Part shown: one piece after another, positions 55,843-63,467 of the stretch
How positions within the stretch are numbered: position 1 is the stretch's first letter
Layout of the letters: each line of letters begins with the position of its first letter
NCBI GenBank assembly: GCA_012965045.1
Contig: DTSZ01000001.1
Span: forward strand, 503,763-567,762
Source of the DNA: Candidatus Saccharimonadota bacterium
GTDB taxonomy: Bacteria > Patescibacteriota > Saccharimonadia > Saccharimonadales > DTSZ01
Direction: 5' to 3'
DNA: 64,000 nucleotides
The notes under the pieces: model-generated
The model's input: only the letters and a program-made list of their open reading frames with translations
The model's database searches: none
What the model was told of the DNA's origin: nothing
Translations under genes and position numbers: made by a program

Positions 55843-56658
55843 TTAGTCAATAAATTCTGCAGTTTTTAAAACATTCTCGAATAACGAGCACACGGTTAAC
55901 GGCCCGAGCCCGCCCTTAGCAGGTGTAATTGTTAAGTCATCTCGCAGCAAGGCTGTTTGTTCAATGTCGCCCACTAGTTTGCCTTTTTCGCCAGCTACAC
56001 CGGCGTCAACCACAACCGTACCAGACTGTATCCAAGCATTTTTTATTAATTCAGGTTGCCCAGTAGCTGAAATTATTACTTCAGCAGCCTCTACTTCGGC
56101 CTGTAAATTTTTGGTGCTCTCATCCACTCGCACGACGTGTAAGCCAGATGATTCTAGCGCATCTGCGACTGGTCGGCCAACTAATCGCCCCTGACCGACA
56201 ACAACAATTGATTTCCCAGCTAGATTGACGTTGTAGCCAGCCAAAAGCCATAGAATTGCATTCGCGGTTGCTGACTCGTAGCTACTTGCAGGATTTAAGC
56301 CGTCAACATCTTTTTTAGGCTCAACGGCACTCAGCAAAACATCTGTTTGCGTAGAGTCCGCTAGCGGTAACTGAATAATTATCGCATCTGTTGCTAAGTC
56401 ACTATTGAGTTGTTTTATGACTTTTTCCGCTTGGTTTTGCTCTATGTCATATATCTCAACCTCTACGCCAATATCACTGCCGTAGCGTTTTTTTAAATTT
56501 ACGTATGTTTCAATAGTTGGGTCATCGCTGGTTTTAACAATTGCCAATCGAGGGGATCGTTTATGTTCAGCAAAAAACCGACGCGTCTGCTTAGCGTGGC
56601 GTTCTTTAATAAAACCCGCTAGTTCAGACCCGTTTAGTTGTTTTCCTTTTTTACTGAT
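55843..56658 (-). CDS. folD: Methylenetetrahydrofolate dehydrogenase/cyclohydrolase FolD, start uncertain (proposed non-canonical ATC at 56658; track start TTG at 56547)
   Basis: IIQLPL, KDVDGL, VVVGQGRLVGRPVA, TPAKGGLGPLTV. The frame stays open upstream to a TAG at 56698-56700. It encodes ...SKKGKQLNGSELAGFIKERHAKQTRRFFAEHKRSPRLAIVKT, which looks like the FolD N-terminus. Confidence 0.8.
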   Translation of the reverse strand: MSKKGKQLNGSELAGFIKERHAKQTRRFFAEHKRSPRLAIVKTSDDPTIETYVNLKKRYGSDIGVEVEIYDIEQNQAEKVIKQLNSDLATDAIIIQLPLADSTQTDVLLSAVEPKKDVDGLNPASSYESATANAILWLLAGYNVNLAGKSIVVVGQGRLVGRPVADALESSGLHVVRVDESTKNLQAEVEAAEVIISATGQPELIKNAWIQSGTVVVDAGVAGEKGKLVGDIEQTALLRDDLTITPAKGGLGPLTVCSLFENVLKTAEFID

Positions 56659-56731
56659 TTCAAATCCTTTACTGCAGTTATCTACATTGTTTCGTATCTA
56701 CGATAGCACAATATTTCTGACCGTATCGCCG

Positions 56732-57862
56732 CTAGGTACGGCGTCGAGGACCTCTTACATTATTTTCGACTGAAACTAAGGCATTACGCACTCGTGCTTG
56801 ATCGCTAATAAATTTCTTACCTTCTTCTAGAAGTATTTCAGTAAGGTCAGGGTCGTCTTCATCAAGATATAGTAATGACGAAACCAATATCTCAGCAGCA
56901 TGCTTGAATGGGTCGCTCAGACTATAAAGAAAATTAACCCTATCTGTCATGCGTGGATGCCTGTCTCGCACATGGGGAATTCGCATTACATCACCTTGGT
57001 CGCAGATGCGGTTTAGCGCCAGTACAATAAGACGACGTTGCTCATGCGCTTGCTTGCCGGAAAATCTAGCATCTTTAATATGGGCTTTTGCTAGCTGCTC
57101 GATGTCCTCTAATGTAAATTCATTCTGTTCAAATGGCAGGGTATTGATAGCTTCTCTGACGGCAGTGCTAATGGCTCCACTCGAAGGGTGGACTTCCAAT
57201 GACGAGCCTGTACGTAGGTATTTTCTTGGTGGCATTGGTTTTTTTGTTAGCACTCCTTTACGAACAAGAAAGTCAAAGTCTTGAGCGGACGCAGAGTCCT
57301 TGCTGGACTCATCTGGTTCAACAGCTTCAACTTTAGCAATACCTTCTTTATAGCGGTCTGTAAGCAGTTCTGCATACAGTCCTATCCGGCGCATGGCCAC
57401 TCCGCTAGTACTTGTACCTAAAAAATCTTTATTAGATATTCCAGAGATTTCTGCTGTCCGCAGCATTAACGCTGCGACAGCACTCGCCTTTGCAAGATCT
57501 GCCGAGGGTTGTTTTTGAACTGATTGAAGACCTTCTTCACTACCGCTAACTGCGGCTAGGCCCAGTTCTGCTGCGCGTCGATAAAACGAAAGAACTGTCT
57601 CTGGTTTTGGTATATATCCATCATAGCCTTCCCCCACCACTGCTTTGTATCTTTCAATGGTTTCAGAAGCAATGTAACTTGCTCCAGAATCGTCAGCCAA
57701 CATTAACCAGAAAATAGGTTTGTGTTCACCGCCTGTAAATAACTCAACTCTCTCTCTAGTGCCGGTATTTTCAGGCATAGGTAACTCGGGAATATTCTTC
57801 ACTAAACTAGAACCTATATTTGTCATATTATATATTATATTGTAAAAGTGAGTTATTTGCAT
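56732..57862 (-). CDS. Hypothetical protein
   Basis: 376-aa track ORF. The first 12 codons are AT-rich and promoter-like (TACAATATAATATATAAT), so ATG 57826 (MTNIGSS) may be the real start. Confidence 0.55.
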   Translation of the reverse strand: MQITHFYNIIYNMTNIGSSLVKNIPELPMPENTGTRERVELFTGGEHKPIFWLMLADDSGASYIASETIERYKAVVGEGYDGYIPKPETVLSFYRRAAELGLAAVSGSEEGLQSVQKQPSADLAKASAVAALMLRTAEISGISNKDFLGTSTSGVAMRRIGLYAELLTDRYKEGIAKVEAVEPDESSKDSASAQDFDFLVRKGVLTKKPMPPRKYLRTGSSLEVHPSSGAISTAVREAINTLPFEQNEFTLEDIEQLAKAHIKDARFSGKQAHEQRRLIVLALNRICDQGDVMRIPHVRDRHPRMTDRVNFLYSLSDPFKHAAEILVSSLLYLDEDDPDLTEILLEEGKKFISDQARVRNALVSVENNVRGPRRRT

Positions 57863-57905
57863 AACTTCTTACACAATTTCATACATTCTGCTAGTATATT
57901 TTCAC

Positions 57906-57982
57906 GCACCCGTAGCTCAGCTGGATAGAGCGCCTGTCTTCGGAACAGGAGGTCATAGGTTCGAATCCTATCGGGTGTACCA
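57906..57982 (+). tRNA. tRNA-Arg (anticodon UCG), CCA encoded
   Basis: GCACCCG-TA-GCTC-AGCTGGATA-GAGC-G-CCTGT-CTTCGGA-ACAGG-AGGTC-ATAGG-TTCGAAT-CCTAT-CGGGTGT-ACCA. Hand-folded, 77 nt. Confidence 0.85.
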
Positions 57983-57990
57983 TATTGCAA

Positions 57991-58016
57991 GTCGTCAATC
58001 GAGACGACTTTTTTTA
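57991..58016 (+). terminator. Terminator of tRNA-Arg
   Basis: GTCGTC-AATCGA-GACGAC followed by TTTTTTT. Confidence 0.7.
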
Positions 58017-58126
58017 ATGGTTATACCTAGATCACACTTAACCCGTCATGGGAGTAAACTAAATAAACTGCAGTTTCAATTTTTTACTACGTTTTTACCC
58101 CGCTTATAATTCACGCTAACTGTAGT

Positions 58127-60514
58127 ATGATTACTACTACCGTGAAGCGATATCTTAATAAACTGGTTAAACTATTAACCGACACCTACCGTGACCCTCG
58201 ATTTATTATTACGAGTTTATTTGCGCTCGTTGGGTTTTTAATAACTACTGCACAGGTTGTAGAAGCTGATGAACTCGATAATTTTGAGAAGTATATATTT
58301 GAACTGATCAACCAACTGGGCGATGGGTTATATTCATTTTTTTATATAATTACTCAGTTTGGCTCATTATTATCACTAGTGGTCTGGGCGGCTGCTATAG
58401 CTTTTTATTTTAGAAAACGAGCAGCGCTAGCCGCTGTTGTATCAGGTTTTTTAGGTTGGCTAATCGCAAAGCCTTTAAAAGCGTATATCGGGCGAGCCAG
58501 ACCAGGCGAAATTCTTGACAGCTTGAATATCTTTACAGATGAAAAATTTAGTGGATTGGGATACCCTTCGGGTCACGCCACCTTATCTGCCGCTGTTGCA
58601 ACAGCAGTTTTTTTGTACCTTAAGCCAAAAAATCGCAAGTACTTGCTTATATTTGTAGCGCTAATCGGCATAAGCCGAGTTTATCTCGGTGGCCACTTCC
58701 CTCGTGACATTATAGGTGGCTGGTTCCTTGGTGTTCTCGCAGGCTGTATTGGTTCATTTTTAATCGGCAGCTCTAGAGACGCTGCCTCTAACAAGTACAT
58801 CAAAAATGTATTAAATAAGAATGGTATAAAGGCTGCAGCAATTAAAGAGTTCAGCGGGGATGCTCGTGGGTCAAGACCTATTTTTATTACACTTGAAGAT
58901 AAAACTAAACTGTTTGGCAAAATAGTAACTAGCCAAGAGCAGGCTGCCGACTGGTTGTTTAAAACGTTTCGTTTTTTTAAATACAAGAACTTCAAAGACG
59001 AGGACCCCTACCTTAACCCAAAACGACACACCGAACATGAAGCGTTCGTAGCAGAATGGGCTCGTAAATTTGGCGTCAACACACCTCAAGTTATTAAGAT
59101 CGTTCATGTCAAAGATAGCCAGTGGTTATTAGTACAAGACATGGTAGACGCTGAGCCACTCGACAAGCAAAAAAAAGTAAGTCAAAAAACTTTAGAGCAA
59201 ACCTGGCGACAAATTTTAAAACTTCATGATGCAGATATTGCTCACCGTGATTTACGAGCAAGCAACGTACTTGTCGATAAAGACAAGCAGCCATGGATTA
59301 TAGACTTTGGTTTTGCAGAAGTGGCTGGTGATGAGATGAGGAAAAGAGTTGATATTGCCGAATTCTTAACAACCACCAGTATGCTATTTGGTGTTAAAAA
59401 ATCTCTTGCTGCTGCTCTGGCAGTTTTAGAGAAACAAAAACTGCAAGAAGCTGCTCCGTATGTTCAGCCGGCAGCTCTCAGTGGAGCCACTACTAGTGCT
59501 ATTAAAAACGACAAGCAAACTTTCGAGCAACTACAAACTGCCTTAAAAGACATGCATGATAATCAGGAAGTTTTTGAACATCAAGCCCTATTACGAATAA
59601 CAAAGAAACAAATTATAAACCTGGCCTTGGTCGCAGTGTTATTCTTCATAATTATTCCTCAATTTAATGTATTTAAAGACTCGTTCGCATCGCTATCTGA
59701 TATAAATTTTATTTACATACCAGCGGTCATAGTAGCTTCCATGACAACATATATCTTTGCAGCAGGCACCATAACTACCATTCCCTCTGTACCTGTTAGC
59801 TACCGCAAGGCAGTTATGGCGCAGTTGGCCGGTTCGTATGCAAGTAAGTTAGCGCCTCGTGGGCTTGGTTCGAGTGCGGTTAATTTACAATTTTTGCGCA
59901 AACAAGGCATGTCGCTGTCGCGTGCTACGTCTGTTATGCTAACCGACAAATTTCTTGGCTTCTTGCTGTTTGTTATTCCGTTTGGTTCGGTTGTAGTAAT
60001 TAGCGGTCAATCATCACTTTCACAGCTACTACCGGATATGAAAACGTACTACGTTTATATAGCGCTGGGGATAATTTTGGCCGGCATTACTGTATTGGTC
60101 GCAAAACGAACCTGGCAAGAAAAAATTATTCAATCGCTAAAAAAGAGCTACTTTGAAATAAAGCAACTTGCCTATAGACCGCGATCGTTGCTGCTTGCTG
60201 CTTTATTTTCTCTCGGGGTAACGGTAAGCTACCTCCTCACTTTATATTTGTGTTTCACAGCATTACAAGTCGACATATCGATACTACAAATAATCGTCAC
60301 GTATGCTGCCGCTACCTTCGCGAGTTCGGTCACACCGACGCCAGGTGGCTTAGGTGGTTTCGAAGCTGGATTAATTGCAGCAATGGTAAGTTTTGGCGTG
60401 GAACAGTCTGCGGCTTACTCGGTGGCTATCCTCTATCGTTTAGCTACCTTTTGGCTACCTATTCCTTTAGCTCTAGCCGCTTTTAAGTTTGCTAGGTCTA
60501 AAGACATTATTTGA
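58127..60514 (+). CDS. Three-domain membrane protein: PAP2 lipid phosphatase, protein/lipid kinase-like domain, flippase-like (LPG_synthase_TM/UPF0104) domain
   Basis: 795 aa. PAP2 motifs KPLKAYIGRARP / PSGH / SRVYLGGHFPRD. Kinase motifs HRDLRASNVLV and IDFGFAE. C-terminal multi-TM region with TPTPGGLGGFEAGLIAAM. Confidence 0.75.
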   Translation: MITTTVKRYLNKLVKLLTDTYRDPRFIITSLFALVGFLITTAQVVEADELDNFEKYIFELINQLGDGLYSFFYIITQFGSLLSLVVWAAAIAFYFRKRAALAAVVSGFLGWLIAKPLKAYIGRARPGEILDSLNIFTDEKFSGLGYPSGHATLSAAVATAVFLYLKPKNRKYLLIFVALIGISRVYLGGHFPRDIIGGWFLGVLAGCIGSFLIGSSRDAASNKYIKNVLNKNGIKAAAIKEFSGDARGSRPIFITLEDKTKLFGKIVTSQEQAADWLFKTFRFFKYKNFKDEDPYLNPKRHTEHEAFVAEWARKFGVNTPQVIKIVHVKDSQWLLVQDMVDAEPLDKQKKVSQKTLEQTWRQILKLHDADIAHRDLRASNVLVDKDKQPWIIDFGFAEVAGDEMRKRVDIAEFLTTTSMLFGVKKSLAAALAVLEKQKLQEAAPYVQPAALSGATTSAIKNDKQTFEQLQTALKDMHDNQEVFEHQALLRITKKQIINLALVAVLFFIIIPQFNVFKDSFASLSDINFIYIPAVIVASMTTYIFAAGTITTIPSVPVSYRKAVMAQLAGSYASKLAPRGLGSSAVNLQFLRKQGMSLSRATSVMLTDKFLGFLLFVIPFGSVVVISGQSSLSQLLPDMKTYYVYIALGIILAGITVLVAKRTWQEKIIQSLKKSYFEIKQLAYRPRSLLLAALFSLGVTVSYLLTLYLCFTALQVDISILQIIVTYAAATFASSVTPTPGGLGGFEAGLIAAMVSFGVEQSAAYSVAILYRLATFWLPIPLALAAFKFARSKDII

Positions 60515-61043
60515 CCTTTTTATAGGTTCTCTTGAGATGTTTCATAATTTTAATCTCAATAAAACTAAAAAATTTGTCAATCCCCGTTACTGGTCCAAAT
60601 TTTTCAACTGCTAAAGTTGTCATGCCTGCCTTGTTAGCTCCGTAAATGTCTTGAATGAATCTGTCGCCTACCATAATGAGTTCCGACGGAGTGTACCCTG
60701 TTTCAGCTTCAGATCGCCGGTAATAGGCGGGGAGAGGTTTTCCTTTAAGTCCTTCGGGCTGCATGGCGCCCTGAGCGCCGAGAGCCTTAACTATTACTGA
60801 CACGTCTTTCGACTTCGGCCTGTTCGTGGCAACGAAAAAAGGCAATGGTTGGTTTTTCAAGGCTTCAAACACCCAGTCTTCAACAGTTTCGGTTCCGTAA
60901 TGAACGACAGTGTGGTCAAGGTCTACTAGAAAGGCTTTGATGCCGGTTGACTGTAAATACGTAAAATCTACCTTCGAAATATTCTCTGCAATGTAATCTG
61001 GGAGTAGATTATTGGATCTCTTGCTGCTGGGTTTTTTGTACAT
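60507..61043 (-). CDS. HAD-IIIA family phosphatase (YqeG-like)
   Basis: 178 aa. FLVDLDHTVV (DxDxT) and MVGDRFIQDIYGANKAGM. Confidence 0.7.
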   Translation of the reverse strand: MYKKPSSKRSNNLLPDYIAENISKVDFTYLQSTGIKAFLVDLDHTVVHYGTETVEDWVFEALKNQPLPFFVATNRPKSKDVSVIVKALGAQGAMQPEGLKGKPLPAYYRRSEAETGYTPSELIMVGDRFIQDIYGANKAGMTTLAVEKFGPVTGIDKFFSFIEIKIMKHLKRTYKKVK

Positions 61044-61095
61044 GTTGTGGGTGGTGACCTTTCGTAACGCATATCTCTTGACTGTATAAATAATA

Positions 61096-61355
61096 TCAGC
61101 TGTATAGAGCGCCTGTCTTGAGCAACTGTTAAGGCCATAGGGGCGAAATGACTAAAAATCACTTCGCAAGCCTGCCTGGCGGTAGGCAGGGAAATTTTCT
61201 TCTAAAAGCTGGTTTTCAATAATGAAATTTAGGGTGAGACGAGCCAGTGGCTCGTTGCAAGGAGACTTTCTTCATCAAATTTTGTTTGATAGAAGGAAAT
61301 CGCGGGCTCGCAGGATGTGAGTGCAGAATGTGACCGAATCCTATCGGGTGTACCA
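61096..61355 (+). pseudogene. Split, 5'-truncated tRNA-Arg-derived sequence carrying a ~190-215 nt structured insert
   Basis: 61096-61119 reads TCAGCTGtATAGAGCGCCTGTCTT (23 of 24 nt match tRNA-Arg positions 12-35). A degenerate anticodon/variable region runs to ATAGG (61137-61141). 61335-61355 reads CGAATCCTATCGGGTGTACCA, identical to 57962-57982. The 5' acceptor strand GCACCCG is absent. Confidence 0.6.
61171..61190 (+). repeat. Hairpin motif copy B (CCTGCCTGGCGGTAGGCAGG+GAAA)
   Basis: Perfect 6-bp stem CCTGCC/GGCAGG with loop TGGCGGTA. 22 of 24 nt match 40756-40779. Confidence 0.7.
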
Positions 61356-61505
61356 CAAAGTTATCATGAGTGAGACGACTTTTTTAATTTGCGATATGAT
61401 TTGATCAGAAACACAAACCACAACGCAATATATACTGACATTTATCCCAAGTAAAAATATATAATCTTGACTTTTAATCCAAAAAACTAGTGCTATTATA
61501 TAAAC

Positions 61506-61961
61506 ATGATAAGAGCCCTAGTCGGTGTTTTCACCGTAATAATTGGTGTAGTAGCGTTATGTGTCTACTTATACCAACCAGCTGGGGTGCCCGCTCAGAT
61601 TGGAATCCTGCAAATCGACGACCAGTATGGATGGGAGAAAATAACCGGCCAAGGCAACCATAGCGAAGTTGGTAAACTGATTCACAGCAAAGCAGTTCTT
61701 GACTATGACTACGGCGAATCCGTTCGGACTGATCCTTCTGGTGATTTTGCATTAATTAGCGAAATACCGGTCGAAGGCGAAAACGGCTATACGGCACGTG
61801 TGTATGAATTTGACGACAATATTGAATTAGTTGTAAACGTTGACAGTGTAGATACTCGACTGGATGTACTGCCCCGGACCCTCTACGCTTTTGGTCATTG
61901 CGAAGACGCACAGTGCAAACAAGCAATTATTACGCTGGCAACCAACTTAAAAGAGATCTAA
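61506..61961 (+). CDS. Membrane-anchored hypothetical protein
   Basis: 151 aa. N-terminal TM ALVGVFTVIIGVVALCVYLY. Confidence 0.5.
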   Translation: MIRALVGVFTVIIGVVALCVYLYQPAGVPAQIGILQIDDQYGWEKITGQGNHSEVGKLIHSKAVLDYDYGESVRTDPSGDFALISEIPVEGENGYTARVYEFDDNIELVVNVDSVDTRLDVLPRTLYAFGHCEDAQCKQAIITLATNLKEI

Positions 61962-61969
61962 AAAGTAAA

Positions 61970-62015
61970 ACGCCAGCTTGTTGTTTCGTTCCAAAAGGAA
62001 CGGGTAAGCTGGCGT
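61970..62015 (-). terminator. Two-tier hairpin between convergent genes
   Basis: ACGCCAGCTT...AAGCTGGCGT (10 bp) encloses CGTTCC-AAAA-GGAACG. On the minus strand it is followed by TTTACTTTTT. Confidence 0.55.
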
Positions 62016-62088
62016 AGGCCCAAGAATTTCCCGGGGCTTAAATTTGAACGATTGAACTACATCACTTCCTTTCGATCGTATATCGACT

Positions 62089-62742
62089 CTAGCAAGGCTC
62101 GCCGTTGGGGCGAGTGCAGGGTGCCGGAGCAGCGCCGCAACCTCCGAGGGCACAATCGCCCGTCGAACAGCCGCGTGGGTTTGAATGTGGCCCGTACAGT
62201 CCGTATACTTCCTGCGCCGTATCAGTACGCGTTGCTGCACCAACCGTCAGGATCCACATCGAATCAGGGTTAGAACTTCCAGCTTGAATGTGGTAGTAAA
62301 TGTCGAGCGTTGCCTCTGGCGATATCTCGTTACCGAGTATATCGATGCGGCGAGCTCCACTTGCGATCAAGTCGCGCTCCATGTCTTCCGACACGTCAAA
62401 GGTGCCTGAAGCTGGACCGTCCTCGTAGGTCAGCATCCAGACCTGGCAACCGGTAGCCTGGTAGTTGGTCAAGCTCGCATAGTCTGGCCCGGAGTTGTCC
62501 TGGCCTCCATGGAGGTTCACGACAACGTGCGACGGCACGTAGGACTCGATGCTCGGATCAGATCCGAAGCCAACGAGCTTGCCGTCGTCATCGTCCCTGC
62601 AAAGCAAGCTCTGGTCGAACTCGCAGTAGTAGTAATCGCCGTCGATGGCGTTGGCCGCCCCAGCGTTACCCCAAAGGGCAAGGAACACCAGAGACAACAC
62701 AACCAAGATCGGAATGAAGTAGTTCCTGTAAACGTTCAACAT
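62089..62742 (-). CDS. Secreted Cys-rich hypothetical protein encoded by a high-GC block
   Basis: The track ORF starts at 62829. ATG 62742 has GGAGGT 4 nt upstream and gives MLNVYRNYFIPILVVLSLVFLALWGNAGAANA (signal peptide). C-terminus GCSTGDCALGGCGAAPAPCTRPNGEPC. Confidence 0.7.
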   Translation of the reverse strand: MLNVYRNYFIPILVVLSLVFLALWGNAGAANAIDGDYYYCEFDQSLLCRDDDDGKLVGFGSDPSIESYVPSHVVVNLHGGQDNSGPDYASLTNYQATGCQVWMLTYEDGPASGTFDVSEDMERDLIASGARRIDILGNEISPEATLDIYYHIQAGSSNPDSMWILTVGAATRTDTAQEVYGLYGPHSNPRGCSTGDCALGGCGAAPAPCTRPNGEPC

Positions 62743-62800
62743 GTTACCTCCTAAAGGTAAAGTGAATGAGAATTTCCCATTCAATAAACATGCTGACATT

Positions 62801-62829
62801 AAATTAACACGATTATGCTTATTTGTCAA
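62801..62829 (-). promoter_or_regulatory. Candidate promoter of the high-GC gene
   Basis: On the minus strand: TTGACA (62829-62824), a 17-nt spacer, then TAATTT (62806-62801). Confidence 0.35.
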
Positions 62830-63014
62830 TATAAGTATATAATCGGTAATCTGTTTATTGACAATAAAAAGAGCAGACTAGCTGTCTTTATTCATTATCC
62901 ACCTCACATCTTTTGGATAATAACGATTACACCCAATCCGCTCATGTCTATTTTACCAAGCCGTTATATAAAATCAACAACGCTTGTGGATAACTGCTTT
63001 GCTAGACTAGAGTA

Positions 63015-63464
63015 ATGAACGTCCATTTTATATGCCGCGGTAATGCATTTCGAAGCTTTATTGCCGAGACTTACCTTCGGTCTTTGCAATTGCCAGACGT
63101 ATCAGTTTCGTCGTCTGGTACCATCGCCGCCGACTACAAGCAGCCCAACGAAAAGTATCATGCACTTGTTGTGGCAGAGCTCGAAACCCTAGGCTACTCA
63201 GACTTTATTAACCCCAAATGGGCCAAAACAACAACCCAAGCCATGCTTGATACCGCAGACATATGCATTTTAGTTAATAGCATTGTTTTAGAAGAATTAC
63301 ACGGCAAACACTTTGCGGTCAGCAATTACCACGTTTGGGATATTGACGATTACGACGAGGGGGCGAACCGCACCGACCAGTCGCGAACACATTTGTCGGT
63401 CATTAAAAAAACAATTCCCAAAATCATTCAAAGAGTTGATGATTTTGTAGCAGATCAGCTTTAA
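63015..63464 (+). CDS. Low-molecular-weight protein-tyrosine phosphatase / ArsC-family protein
   Basis: 149 aa. N-terminal VHFICRGNAFRS (C-X5-R-S P-loop). Confidence 0.75.
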   Translation: MNVHFICRGNAFRSFIAETYLRSLQLPDVSVSSSGTIAADYKQPNEKYHALVVAELETLGYSDFINPKWAKTTTQAMLDTADICILVNSIVLEELHGKHFAVSNYHVWDIDDYDEGANRTDQSRTHLSVIKKTIPKIIQRVDDFVADQL

Positions 63465-63467
63465 AGA

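Noticed and set aside
56732-57862. 376-aa hypothetical next to tRNA-Arg as a candidate integrase or replication protein of an island
   Set aside because: No recombinase motifs are visible: no R..H..R..Y tyrosine-recombinase pattern that I could place and no serine-recombinase N-terminus. It also lies on the other side of the tRNA from the repeat-bracketed segment. It stays hypothetical.
61096-61355. Group I intron inside a functional tRNA-Arg gene
   Set aside because: The 5' homology does end after a U in the anticodon loop, which is intron-like. However, the 5' acceptor strand and part of the D-stem are missing. The perfect 3' homology resumes only in the T-loop, and the anticodon/variable stretch in between is degenerate. 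I could not find the conserved core element (..AGACUA.. R sequence) or a G-binding P7. RNase P (no GAGGAAAGUCC), tmRNA (no GGGG...UUCGA...CCACCA ends) and SRP (no GGAAGCAGC helix-8 motif) were also rejected by eye. This needs a covariance-model search.
62052-62754. Multiple overlapping track ORFs: 61947..62243 (-), 62052..62273, 62105..62287, 62185..62409, 62509..62754 (+), and 62517..62702 (-)
   Set aside because: Stop-poor alternative frames are expected in ~60% GC DNA. Only the frame with a strong GGAGGT RBS, a signal peptide and full-length continuity (62089..62742, minus) is retained.
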